Source: Chrysomallon squamiferum (lineage: Eukaryota; Animalia; Mollusca). From it: a stretch of DNA of 64,000 bases. The position numbers and the translations under genes were made by a program. The notes beneath the pieces were generated by a model. It was not told the DNA's origin. It saw nothing but the letters and a program-made list of their open reading frames with translations, and did no database searches. The stretch lies in contig CM022671.1 of the NCBI GenBank assembly GCA_012295275.1, forward strand, positions 9,052,001-9,116,000. Direction: 5' to 3'. How positions within the stretch are numbered: position 1 is the stretch's first letter; every line of letters starts with the position of its first letter. Positions 37,506 through 51,492 of the stretch are shown here, one piece after another.

Positions 37506-38544
37506 TGATCGGGCCCTGAAAAACTATAATACCTTTTAATGCTATAAATTATTTATTATTTTATTTATTTGTGGTTACTGAGAAATAAGATATGCTTCTA
37601 ACTGTCGAAAATGGAACCATGACAGGTTCATAACTCATAACCAGTGAATGTTTGTTCACAGCTCATAAATATTTGACATAACACGATTTTTCCATTTACC
37701 TGTTCATTTACACGTGAATATACGTACACACACACACTTTTTAAATTATTATTACGTATTTTAACGTTCTTTTTAAATTAAGTATTATTAATATAATGTA
37801 CTCTAACATTAAATAATGTAATGTATAAATAGGAATTGGTTTTTTTACCTTATTAAACTTTTGCTGCAATTTAATTTTGTTGCTTGTTATTAATATTGTT
37901 GTTGTTGTTATAAACGTTACCAACGTTTCTATGTTACGCATTATTGCAGTCTTTTTCATGTGTATTTTTTTTTTAAATGGGGAATTTAATTATTTTTGAA
38001 ATAACATTGCATTTGTGCATGCTAATACTGTATACGTTAAAAACCATTATAAAATTGTTAACATTAATACATATTACACTTACAGCATTGATACATAACA
38101 ATAAATGTTTGTAATAATATAAAACTGATATCTTTAGTATATAATAGCAATTATTATGCAGTTAAGCTTGCTGAAGGAAAATTAAGAGATTATTTGTATA
38201 ATTTAATAATACTTCAAGTGCTGCAGAACCTCGATATATTATGAACTTAAGCAGTTTGACTTGCGCTGCTGAATTTAAAGAATTTATTAATGATTTGTCA
38301 CGTGACAGGCTAGCCGCCATGATGAGCATCAAGATCTATGGATCCACGTTCTGCAGATATGGATTAAAAGAAAACCTGGCAGCCGAACAACCTCATATAT
38401 AAAAAGGTCAGTTTAAATCGACACAAACGTCTACAATATGTCTCATTTTAAACCTTTTTCAGATTGCGAATTAACGGGAGGATGGAGAATTTTGCTTCTT
38501 TTTTTTTTTTGAAATTTAGAGCCATAATTGCAAGAATAAAGAAA

Positions 38545-40546
38545 ATGGTTTCCGTTCAAGCCAGACGACAGAGAAAAATCGATCGATCTGAGGGTTCAGG
38601 TAAAATGTAACCCTGTCCAGTGATGTCTCAATATGCCTGACTTTAATACGTGCTACCCAGCGCTGCAACCTCAAAGAATTCCAGGAGCACTTCCAGTCTG
38701 AAGTTTAGGCATTCCAGAACTGACGATTCCAACAAATTAAATATTATTTTAATGCTTTTTTTTAATTATTTGATATTTATATTCTTTATTATTATTTTTT
38801 TAAATTAACAGCAAGTCAGTTTATGCTTTCTTTAAACATAAATAGGTTAAAATGAAATATAATAAAATAAATAAACAAGCAAACAAACAAATAATATTTT
38901 GATTTTTAAATCGATTTTTTTCTCTAACTTGGTAGCTGAAGCAATGTTAAACAAATAACTTTTCCCCTTTGTTATTTAGTATTTTTCTTTAGTACAGCTT
39001 ATAAAGATCTTTTGAATTTTAATAATTTGCATTCGTGCTTATATAAATATTATACATACATACATGCATATATTACATACACACACTCACGGCTAAATCT
39101 CTATTAGCAGCAATTTTGAGATTTATCCCAAAATGCATTTTATTATATATTTTAAATCTGAATGACAGCCACGTGTATTTGACAACCACTTTTGCCTAGT
39201 GTCTGAGTGTAAGGTACGCATAGGTTATCAAGCGAATGTTGCGGATTGATGAATTTATTAAGTGAAATTAATAAATGTTATAAAATTCATTATAACACAA
39301 ATTCATTTAGGATTCAGTGCTGGTGTTATAATGAGGTTTGACTATATATAACAAATAAAACTTCATAAATAATATCAAAGACTTTTGTATGTGTTTTCCT
39401 GTTTATGAGAACGTATAATCTGTAATGACAGCTGTAATATTTTATATTAATTTTATTTATTCGTTTATACAATTTATATTTCCTATGTGTTTCTATTTTC
39501 TAGCTGATGGACAACACAAACAAACTATGAAAGCACAAACAAAACTATTAGGAAATTTTTCCACTCCTTACTTTCGGCCATGGGGATCTCAAGGTGTCAC
39601 CGCAGCTGTTGCCAGCCTTTTCTGCATCTGGATAACACTGACCAACGTTCTGCTGATTGCCATTCTGCTGACGAACAAAAAGCTTCGACGCCAGCGTCAG
39701 ATTATTTTCGTTCTGCACATAGCTCTGGCCGACCTGGCAGTGGGGCTCTTTTACTGCCCTCTGACGGCGGACTTTTTCATAAAACAGATCTGGACTCACA
39801 GCTGCGACAGTCTGTTCTGGTGGAACACGTTCTTCCATCCCGTGAGTTTTCTCAGTACTCACTGTATAGGTTTGGTGAACTTCTACCAGCTGTGTGACTC
39901 CTGCTGTCGCCTGAACGTGCGATCTTTTGTCAAGAACTTCCTAACTGTGCTGATTCTCACTCTCCTCTGGTTCTACCTTATCAGTCTGTTCTTCATGCTG
40001 CAGAATTTCAGATCACGTGAGATAAAAGTCCTTATCGATACGAAAGATGTGTGTCTGTCGTCAATGGACTACCTGGGTGCTGTTGAAACGGCTATGATGG
40101 TTTATTTCATTCCAGCAGCAATTACGACGATACTGTATGTTTCCTTGATAGGTCTGCGCACTTTCAGATCGTCTCCCATCCTTCACGAAGAACTGAATAG
40201 CCCCGAGCCGCCACCTGTTATTTCCCTTCGTCTCTTAGGCGTAGCTAATGTCGTCAGTTTGTTGATGCCGCTTCCCTACTTCAGTACGTTGGTGAGCGTT
40301 TCTCTAGGAAGCTGCACAACCTTTTCCTGCATGTCATGGATTTTACCCGTCATGACCGTCTTTGAATGGCTTCTGTTTGCCAAATCTGGAATACAGCCTT
40401 GCATGTGGTTGCTGAACTCACAATTAACGGAGGCCATTTTTCCGATAGTGCGTAATTTCCGGTCTGGACCAACAAGGAACCACGTGCAAATCGATCAACC
40501 TGACGTCGACATGCAGGGTCCAGAAGATTCATTTCACGAAATTTAG
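38545..40546 (+). CDS. Divergent orphan class A (rhodopsin-like) GPCR, 2 coding exons, ~365 aa
   Basis: Exons 38545-38599 and 39504-40546 (phase 1). Seven hydrophobic segments, with TM1 TN, TM2 LALADLAVGLFYCP, ECL1 W..C, TM4 W, ECL2 Cys, TM5 YFIP and TM6 LPY. Confidence 0.85.
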
Positions 40547-41023
40547 TTCCTGTTCACCTCAGTTTGCAAATCTTTCTCAAGTGCACGCGCTCTCAGAAAA
40601 TGCTATTATTTTTTTTAATTTTTTTTCATAGACAGTATGATTCTTCTGCAGTTAAGATATTTGTGTGGACAATTAACAGTCTATGTTCAAATGTTCGTGC
40701 TGTTTGTAAAACGTGTCTGATTCCTATGTTTATGTATATTTGCCTGGGGAGGCTGCATCTCCATATTTAAGTGCTAAATATTTGCTGAAAATCTGCATGA
40801 ATATTCATTTAGACAAGTCTTATTTATTAACCAACGAAAACTTGATCAAGCGTATTGTTGTGTTATTTTTGTGCCACATGATAAAAACATGAAAATAATT
40901 TAAAAGTGTTATTATTTTTCTCAATAATTAGTAAACCAGTTCAATATCTCATAGCTGTTATTTATTAAAATATTTTATTTCCAGCCTTTCAAGAAATGAA
41001 GACCCAAAACATTGGAAATTTCA

Positions 41024-41117
41024 GTGTGTGTGTGTCTGTCTGTCTGTCTGTCCCTCTTTGGCTGATCGTTTTTCTGGATCTCTGTGTGTGTGTCTATATG
41101 TTTATTCCCCCTCTCTC

Positions 41118-41150
<33 letters not shown>

Positions 41151-41168
41151 GTCTCTCAGTCTCTCTTT
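41024..41168. repeat. Compound (GT)/(GTCT)/(CT) microsatellite
   Basis: Direct inspection. Confidence 0.9.
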
Positions 41169-42769
41169 CAGTAACAAAAAGCATCTGCTTGTTCCTCTCC
41201 AATATTAATATTATGAAGAAAAAAGTACTGTATCATAAGTTTAATTATTAATTATTAAATGTCTTTAAATTATAGAAGTGAAATTAATATTCGTTATTAT
41301 CTTATTCATTACTCTTGTGGATGATGATGATAATGGTGTAATTGTTTTGTTTATTGTTTTGTTTTTTCTTCATTTAAAAATCCTTTAAAATTATAACTAT
41401 TTATCGTTTATTTCACTTTAATTTACTGATGTATTTTATTTTAATTCTTTTTTGTTTAAATTTGTATTCCATGTGTCTTTCTTTCTTTCATTATGTTTTT
41501 AAAAAAATTGTTTTAAATCATATTCCTTCAGAGTTAAATCGAGGCACCTTTTGCCTGTATGTTATGAAATAGCTGTATTAACAACGATGAGCCAGTGAAG
41601 AGCTAGCAAAACGAAGACATCAAGTTGTATAAATATCTGGGTGTCGCCTGCATGCATTTCGTGTTTCCCCCTTTCGACCATATTTACACTGAGCTCGCCT
41701 GTTGTAGATGGAATTTGCAGGAAAGCGTGCTGTGTGCCCTATTGATTGTCACACAAAGAACTAAGTGATACACAGCATTTAAACTGGATACAAGTAAACC
41801 CTTTCTCAAACGATGGAGTCTGTTAACAACTAAATAAAAATACTTTAGTGCTTTTTCCATGCTAATTCTAATCTGTTAGTTTTAATTTATGTATTTATTA
41901 ACAGATCATTTCCTATTATTTATAATTTCCTATATAATATATGTATATGTTAGTGTGTATGTGTTTATATATGGATAATAGCAATTTATAAAATAAAAAT
42001 GAATTGTAGTGGCAGTGGTACAAGTGGTTGTCGAATGAAATCGAATGTTCTCGTCTCAAAATGATCACCATTTTTCATTTATTTTAATGTCAACTGAATG
42101 CAAGAATGTTTTCTTTTTCTTTTCTGATACATATTAAATATTTAACGAAATACTTGGTAACGCATAACGTAAATACAATAAAAGAATTTCAGTGAGAGAG
42201 ACAGAGAGTTGTTAAATAATAGAATAAAACAAAATAAATAAAATATAATATAATAAAATAATAATTTTTTAATAAAGACGAAAGAGAGAAACAACATCTA
42301 AAAATTTAGGAAGGATAAAAATGAGAAATGCGATAAGTTTTCTTTGTTTTAAATATAAAAGACCTGAACTGGCTTGAAAGACGTTAGAAAAAATAAACTC
42401 CAAAAGAATGAAACCACAACAAAATAAATAAAAACAAAACAAAGCATCTCAGAAACACACTGATTATGCTGCCGATGTTGGAATGTTCTAATAAATATTT
42501 GGCAATTTATTTTCATCATCGTGATCAACCGATAAATATGAAAATTTGCAAAAGCCCAACAAGCACATCACTAGTTCTAAAGGTGTCGTTTTGTTTGATC
42601 TGCGCGGATTTCCAGAGAACGGCAAACAATTTGTTGTGTGTCCGCACTCGTTTGTACCTCGTTGTTTGACTGTGTGAAGCCGATATCCGTGTTTACGAAG
42701 AAACTTTCAGCAGTTGCTTTTGTTACGTCTTCATCAGTGTTGACTGTAACTCTCCAAAGGGGATACTGC

Positions 42770-44965
42770 ATGGCTGCAGATCGCTCTCCGAACATGGGCA
42801 ACAACGGCAGAAGAAGCCCGAAAACAAAGCCAGTCATTGGGGTAAATTTTCTTGTTGCTTTTTTTGTTTTTTGCGTGTGTTTTTTTTAAATTTAAATTAA
42901 TATTTTTAACTGTTTATAATTAAAAATACTATCCAGTAAAACTTTAACTTATTTTTAATACATATTTATTTTTATTACTTTTTTTTTTTTTTTTTTATCG
43001 TTTCAGATATTACTGTTATCACTGTTGTTGTTGTTGTTGTTACTATTATTTTTGCTACTGTTTGTTTCAGCATCATCATCACCTTTTTTCTATTTATTTG
43101 TTTTTGTTTACGGATTTATTTAAAACAATTACTTTTTTTTTTCTTTTGCAAAGTGATGGTATAGCACTAAATAAATAAATATATAAATAAATAACCATAA
43201 TCTCGTTTATATATGTGTGTGTGTATGTGTGTGTGTGATTTGGTATATATTTTATTTCATACTTTTATTTGTATTTTTATTAATTATTTATTTATTATTA
43301 ATAGCATTCGTGTGTCTTACATACTTTTTTGTTTTCACCATAACTACATTACGTAGATGAAAAATATTTTATAATCATTATTACGATATTTGCATGCTTA
43401 CAAAAACCTAAACAGTTTTACTTCTTTCTTTTTCATTTTCTATAATAACGTATAAATCTTCAATCTTAAAGCTTGATTAAACTAGGTTAATTACATCACG
43501 TATGTCAGTGGTACATATGTAGGGGATATGTAAGATACACAAAATGCATAAACACATGTAAAACCTCACAAAAAATGTTTCTTGGCAACATCTCTTCATG
43601 TTTTTCAGTTAAAATATATGTAAAACTTATACGGTTCGTCCTCTACAAATCTTAAAGAAAGTATTACACTTCTGATCATTTGCCAATATATTTACCATAT
43701 GTTTCCCTTTCCTTTATATTCCGTGTAAATATTTGCAATGTAGAACTTTGAAATCTGTTTGACTTCTTTTGTCCGATCTAAATATTCAGTATTTTTGAAA
43801 GATCAAAATTGTCTTTTGTGTTTTTGATCTTAACATTTTTGAAAAGTTCAGCCAAAGGTGAAGGTAAAAATATTGTGAGAATGTCACGAATGCTTCATAT
43901 ATCTTCAAATACAACCGCAATAACAACAATATGTAATAATACTAATAAACTGCAGCTAAAGAGTAATAGTTTTATAACTGTTGTGTTACGTTTTACGAAT
44001 TAACAAATCCAAAAGCCGCATCATTAAGAATTTATTTCAAGACTCAAGCTGAGTGTAGTTATTAAAGTTATTACAGGAATGTAACATATTGTATATCTTC
44101 AAATTAAAATGACTGAACTACTTCTCATAAATACATGAAAGCTGTTCCAGGACAAGCACGTACTAAATCTGAATCAATTAACATAATGCCACCAGTAAAA
44201 CAACAACAACAACAACAAAAAATTGGAGTTCGTATTGATACATTCATGTAAATAATAATAATAATAATAATTTAAAAAATAAAATAAAAATGTGAATTTG
44301 ACACCGATAGTTTTCTTGTAGTGTTTATTATTGTTTGAAGGAGTTCTGAGGTTGTTGGGTTTTTTAATAGAAATTTCAATACAATCTTTTATTATTTTAT
44401 TTTATTTTTTTAAATAAATAAATTAAAAAAAAATAAAAATAAAAATAAAAGAAAGAATGTTGTAAACGTTATCAATTTCAGGCGCTTCCTCCAGGGTACG
44501 CTCTCAGGGGGTATGCCACACGGAAGACAATAGCCCAGGGACTGCTGGACTTAGCTTTGCTTCTAGCCAACGGCTCCCAGCTCAAAGCCTTGATCCAGAC
44601 TCCAGAAGAAAAACGCGACTATCTCTACATTCCAGTCTTCGTCCTCATAGGACTGTCAGTCTTCATTCAAATTTCTGTAGGAATTCTCATCATCATTCTG
44701 GGGAACATGGAGGCGAAAACTGACCAGGAACAGCGACGTGCTAACATCATGAACAACGTCACCTTTAGTCTTGATTCTGTTCATCACCGTTATCAACGTC
44801 TTCATCTCGGCTTTCGGAATCCGATTTTCAGGTCAAGAGGTCACTTTTAACGAATCCTTCAGCCAGCCAGTTGGACAGGTGTCAAAGACAGTGCTTCAGG
44901 ATTTCAGCTGGCCTCCTGTGACAGACACACGTGTTTTAACGGAATCAACTACAGAGGGTCTTTGA
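42770..44965 (+). CDS. Ninjurin family protein with a +1 frameshift in this sequence (assembly error or null allele)
   Basis: Exons 42770-42841 and 44482-44965. YATRKTIAQGLLDLALLLANGSQLKALI is the ninjurin signature. The last helix LILFITVINVFISAFG is in another frame and is restored by removing one base at ~44764-44767 (184 aa). Confidence 0.88.
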
Positions 44966-45469
44966 ACACTGGCAGCATCGGATATTACACAAGATTTTAT
45001 TAATGTTACACAAAACGCCTGAATACATTTTCATTTAATGGGGGAGTCAATGTTCATTTACCCTGTAAATAGATTTGTCTTTAATTTTTGTATTTTGTTA
45101 ATCATTCATTATTATTATTATTTAGTTTGTTAATTTTGTTTTGCTTGAGAATTGAGCGCTATTTTAAACCAATTAACCTTTCATTTCCTATAAACGCACA
45201 CGTACAACTAGCCAAGTCTCGGAGAAAGTCGACGATCACAGGCCAAAAGCGATAATGCTGAGAAAAAACAAAACAGACAATATTCCTCTAATATAAATAA
45301 AAATCAGTTTAGTATGTTTTGGTTGCCAATATATTATAGTTCTAAATTAATAATAAATTATATTTTGTTTATGGAAATGCAAAAAATACAGTATTAGTTA
45401 TTTAATACTTAAGTTATTTACAGAAACCAGAAATTTGAAAAAAAAAAAAAAAATCTTCTTTTCTTGACG

Positions 45470-45478
<9 letters not shown>

Positions 45479-45539
<61 letters not shown>
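45479..45539. repeat. (CA)n microsatellite
   Basis: Perfect CA run. Confidence 0.95.
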
Positions 45540-45543
<4 letters not shown>

Positions 45544-48500
45544 CTAAAAATCATTTTATCATTGCGAATATTTACTAATCTGCTGTACATAAAATATACT
45601 CTATTGTACATAATATAATACCGTCTTAATTTTTTTTAAATTCAAAGTTAACTATAATTTTCTTTTTTTTTAAACTGATGTACAGAATTCATGTACAGAC
45701 TTTGTGTTACAAATTGGACTGTTCCTATTTTTTTCATTCATCTGGAAAAACAATGTAACGTATGTGTACATGTGACAATAAAACACTTGTAAATAAACAG
45801 GTTGTTTTGTATTTGTGTGAATTATTCTAATACGCATGTGTTCATATCTCAATCCGTATATTATTAAAAATCAACGTTTTGATATTTTGATTCTGAACAT
45901 GCACATAGCAAACATCCAAATCTTTGTAAGAAGATCAAGAAGATAAACAACAGCAACAATAAAAACAATAACAACATCAACATCAACAACAACAACATAA
46001 TAATAATAATAATAGTAGTAGTAGTAGTAGAAGTAGTAGTAGCAGTAGTAGCAGTATAAATTAATAAATAAATATTATTTCTTGTTTGTTTTTTATTTAT
46101 AAACGAAAGATTTAATTTTTAACCAAGTTCGAATACACATTGAATATAAAGACTGAGTCAGTGGATCGTGAAAGGAAGACGAAGAAGAAGAAAAAAATAA
46201 AACTTAATCATTATGTTTATTCAGTTTATTCGGTAATTCTTAAATATTGGACATAATATATACCAAACATTAATAATAATTATTTTGTATACATAACACC
46301 GAGGAGGGCTGATTATACAGTCCAGATCTGTAACGGATCACAAACAGTATATTGTCATAACATATAAAATAACCCGACGCATCTGTACCAACTGGTACCG
46401 AGGAATAAATTAGTGATAAATGAGTATCCGATTTCCAGAAGTTGTACAGGACATAGCGATAACTAATAACTCTCGCTTTTATTTGTAACAGACACGACAG
46501 AGAAAGTCTGTCACATACAACACACACAAATAGAAAAAAGAAAGAGATAAAACATGAAGACAGTATTCGTAAATATAAAGAAGAAAAGATGGAATATGGT
46601 ATCAATTTTTTTTTTTTTTTTTTTTTTTAATTTGTTTATTCATTTATTAAAATTAACTGAACTGAATTAAACTGATTGTTTTATTTATGGATTTATTAAT
46701 TTAATTTAATTTGTTATTTCTTCATTTTTCATTTTCTCTACTATCGATATGCTTTTTTCTCTTTTTTGCCTAACATTTTCCTCCTTCTTTCTTAATGAAG
46801 AATTTAAAACAAAATCATAAACGACACAAAAACACGCAAACATTATATATTTTTGTTTTTATTTTATATTAGATCTGATATTGTTCTGTTTTCAATTCAT
46901 TCCTCGTCGTTTGGTTCATTTATTACATAACTTTTGTTTTTCTAAAGAAATGGTGGTAGAGTGATGTCAAGGGAATATTGTTAACCATTAAGCTCCACCT
47001 GAACATGTTGTTTTTTCCAGTGAAGTTAACATTTCGAAATCAACAAGCAACATTTTAATGAATTATTCTTGAATTTTTATTAGCGTTATCATTCTCTCTC
47101 CCTTATTATTTATAATTTATGTAGATACATAACGAGACAATCAATGAAAAATACAGAGATACAAACAAGAACGAAGATATAATGAGATGAACAAACTGAT
47201 GGACGAAAGGAGAGACATACAGATACTGAGAGAAATAAAAAAAGAGGATGTGAGGTAGAGAAAGAGTGAATGAATGCGTGAATGCGTGAGAGAAAGGGAT
47301 CACAGTGATAAGAATACAGTTGTTGGGAGGGGAACAATTACAAAATCCACTGAGTTCTTTCCAGTCGTCTGACCTTTCAGTAATGGAACAATTTATTTGG
47401 CTAAAACATTTTCTGTCTTTCTGGTAACTTTCTGTTAGCGAAATTTCACCATTCTATTTCATATGTCGCTTCTGGTTTGGGGGTGATGTTTCGTAACCAA
47501 CCGGATCTTTTCGGATCTTTTCAGCAGATGAATCCTGAAACTGTCTGAGAACGTTCATTAAATGGATATTTTTGATTTATCACAAATGGACGTCATACAG
47601 TCCACTTTGGGATTACGTCCAAACACTTTAATGAAATAAAAGTACCATTCGCATGTTAAATATTCTTTTTAAGAACTATACAAAACCGTGGTTTTAAAAA
47701 TAAATAAACAAAAAGTGTTCTCTGTGTTCTTCTCATGATGTCGCTTTAAAAAAATGAATATATGAGTAAATAAACTGGGCTTCACTCAATGCACTACTAA
47801 GGCTGCTTCTTTCAGCGTAACGGCTTTGTAGATTAGTCGTGCCTAAGAAAGTTGCTTCTGTTTTCACACAACCAGTTAGTGTTCTCCCAATAAATAATGT
47901 GATCTTTCTCTTCCGCGTCACTTCATTTCACTCTTGTTAGCTGATCAATATACGAGATCATTCGAAAACCCATCGCCAGTGAATCATGATTTACAAATTC
48001 CTGCTTGTAACAAAGTGTGAATGTTCAAAGAGATAACCGGACATTTGGTAACTAGGTTCGACGAAAATATGCAACGTTTAGAGTTATGTCTAGATTTTCC
48101 AACATTTGCTTGCAGAGTAAACGAGACATATAATATATTTTCTATAAAACATTTTTATTTATTTATTTATTTAAGCTTATGACAGCAATCTGTGAGCAAT
48201 ACTTTTGTCAAGAAATTTCACTGGACTACACGTGTGTTCAGTTAGGTTATAACATTTGATAGAAGTAAAAAAAAAAAAAAAATGTTAATCAACAGTTTTA
48301 TTCTCAACCTTTAAAGTGATTAATACTGTCGACAAAAATTATTATTATTATTTAAATAAATTATCAGAAATGTTTCCATTTGAAATGTCCCAGCATTATG
48401 CTGAGGGATTTTCCAGTTGACGAAATTCAACGCAGGGTCAACAGTTCAAGTTGCAATAAACTCTGCATACAATTAATTCAAATGCTTCAAAAAAAACCTA

Positions 48501-48566
48501 AAAATATTGAGTGAAATTTTAAAAAAATACCACATTTTCACCTTCTTCCAGAAAAGACAGAAATAA

Positions 48567-48567
<1 letters not shown>

Positions 48568-48617
<50 letters not shown>
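48568..48617. repeat. (TAA)n microsatellite
   Basis: Perfect TAA run. Confidence 0.95.
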
Positions 48618-50249
48618 TCTTTCTTGCCACTGGCACTCTGTTCAACCTTTTGGTCTCTTTCTTGTTTGTTTGTTTAATAAATTGAAATTCATGCTTATTA
48701 AATGTGAGGGTGGAGTGTGAAGATTTAAGTAATCACACATTCAACTAAAAAGCAAAGACCAAACGGCAAGACAAACTCGGAGCATATTAAATATCGATTT
48801 ACAGACCTTCTTTATTTAGAATGTGTCAAAAATTTAAAGGTTTCTTTGATTTTTCATCATATAACCACAAAGATTCAGATGCATAGATTTATTAAGTTAT
48901 TTCAATTATTAATTAATTAATTAATTTATTTATTTTTAAAGATTACTGTCACAGAAAATAAAAACAGATCTCAGACATCAAGAATCTTATTGTGAGTATA
49001 GAATTGGTTTACAGAATGAAAATAATCTACTAACAACTCACTTAATAAATACGTTTATATTACTTTTCCTTCTTTATCTATTTTTTATATTTTTATTTCA
49101 TTCTCTGTGTAATTAGATAATAAAATGTCACCAGATATTTGAAATGAAGTGTGATACTTAATAAACACATTTCTTCCAATGTGTGAAAAACAATCACTAA
49201 TTTAAGAAGATGTGGACATATTATTAAAATAATTTATTGCATGTACCTAGATATTAGAAGAAGAAAAAAAATTCAGAAGAGTATTGGAAAACAAGCTGAA
49301 CTCTTTCAATGACACAATCTGAGTACAGGATCAGTCCTTTTCAGTGAGATCATTTGTTTTCAGCTATGCCAATCACAGCTGGTTTATCAAAGGTCAAGAT
49401 GCAATCTGTTCATGAGAAGGTGATTATTAAAGATCCCTTACATCTATTCAGTAAGAGTTGGAAGTTGTGATTGATTTATTATTATTATCATTATTATAAA
49501 AACATACACATGTAAGCTTTTCACCTAATAATCACACAAAGTGTGCTGAGATGTTGGAAAATATTTGTACATTTAGCATCAATATTTTTATATTTTTCCG
49601 GATAATTTTAGTAATGTTCTCTAAACTGCATCTTTTATACATATATAATTTCTGAAAATAGTAAACCTTACCAAATTACATATTTATGTCTGTTTTGTGA
49701 AGATGGAATTTTCAATAAGCCTTTTATTAAATTGTTTTTATTAATTATATAACAGTTGAAAAGTTATTTATAATTAACATCAATCTTTCTTCTTTGATAA
49801 TATCAATAAATACAGAATGTGTGTATGTGCTTATGTGTATGTGTATGTATGTACTGATCTAGGTTGTCAAGTAAAACATATAAATATAAAGCCTAGATAC
49901 TAAATAATTAATACTGATTACAAGTAAATAAATACAAATAATAAAGGTATTAGATTTTCATTCTGAACTAACAGGGTCATAAATAATAGATCATTTTAAT
50001 ACAAGAATAATCTCTAATATGTGCATGATGTTTTATTATATATTCAGTAAAAATACAATTTTAATACAGATTCAGATTTGTGGTGCCTAACCATAATGTA
50101 AAATACATCAAAATAGTAAAATATTTCTAACTGGATGTATTTACCATGTATATTAATATGTATCATATTCGGTGGCTCTGCAACTGTATCAGTAATCTGT
50201 GTTTGTTTGACAGAGAAATTCAAAACAAGAGAGATTAATTCAGATGTTT

Positions 50250-50652
50250 AACCATTCGCAGGGTTCGCCTCTCTGCTCTCGTGTTTTATCACACCAAATC
50301 TGGGAACCACCAATTTAGTGACAGTGTCATGCAGCACAAGGTGACCGGTTGATGAAAAAATTCTCTAGTATTGATTGGCCTTGCATCACAAGAACTTACC
50401 AATGTTCTATTTTTGGCAGGACCACTTTCCAGATCAATTCCTGTCAAGGCACCAACCTGTCCACCCTGTGGAATCACATAGCAGTGGATTGGTCCATATT
50501 GATAAAATTAGTGAATGCAGAATGCTGTCTAAAATGCCTCAGCTGTCTTCACACAGTTGATTGTTCATGGTGCCACAAAAATCAATGATTGGTGCGGACT
50601 CGCAAGAATAGAGTCATGGTGGTGGATTGCTTTGGATATCTGTAGTTTTCAG
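50250..50652 (+). other. Candidate promoter / non-coding 5' exon of synapsin
   Basis: GC-richer island ending in a good donor (cag|gtcagt, 50653). The synapsin coding exon begins at an acceptor (~60838) upstream of its ATG, so an upstream exon is required. Confidence 0.4.
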
Positions 50653-50718
50653 GTCAGTTTTCATTTCCTAGAGCATTAATTTCAGTATTTTTTTCAAAGG
50701 ATTTTCAAATTGTTTTGT

Positions 50719-50749
<31 letters not shown>

Positions 50750-51301
50750 ACCTATGCAGAAATGTTTTGTTCTAAAATATGGTTGAAGGTATGAGTGTTC
50801 ACTGTTGTATATCTATCTACATTCCAGAGGAGTGTGAAATGTCCTGTTTAATGAGTGGGTTTTTTAAGGTATACCTTGATAGTTTAATAACATGTGTTTC
50901 TGTGAAAAATAAATGTTGAAAATCTGTTTAACATTTTCTACCAAGCAGAATATTAATCAGAATCTATGAAGATACTACAATATACATTTCTAGATTATTT
51001 GTTAACAACTTAAAGAGGCAGAACCATTCAAATGAAGCTCCAATATATTAAAATTACTCTAATGTGTCTAATTATCTAAACTCTGACAGGATTCTTATAA
51101 TAAATTTTAATCTTTTTCTTAAAGTTAAAAGACACATAATGCTCATTTCAGAAGGCAGCAGACTATATTTTATTATATAATATTTGTAATAGTATCTAGC
51201 TTAGTGGCTGATCATTTATGTGATCTGATGTCTGAAAAGTTTGGTATGTGCTCTTACATTTGTGGAAAAAAAGGTATATAAATATACTTTATCTTTATCT
51301 G

Positions 51302-51492
51302 GAACAGTGGGCATAATGTTTTACCTTTCTTGCTAGTTATTTTAGTATAATAGGGGAAGTGACCATCTTATTTTAGTATAATAGGGTAGTGACTGTCTTA
51401 TTTTAGTATAATAGGGTAGTGACTGTAACAATGAGCATAATGTTTTACCTTTCATACTAGTTATTCTAGTATAGTAATGTAGTGATTATCTT
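51302..51492. repeat. 29-30-bp tandem repeat (x3) nested in a larger direct duplication
   Basis: ttattttagtataatagggtagtgactgtc occurs three times; gcataatgttttacctttc..ctagttatt occurs at ~51311 and ~51436. Confidence 0.85.

Noticed and set aside
50320-50350. RE1/NRSE-like site near the putative synapsin promoter
   Set aside because: Only the CAGCAC half matches, and REST is not expected in this lineage.
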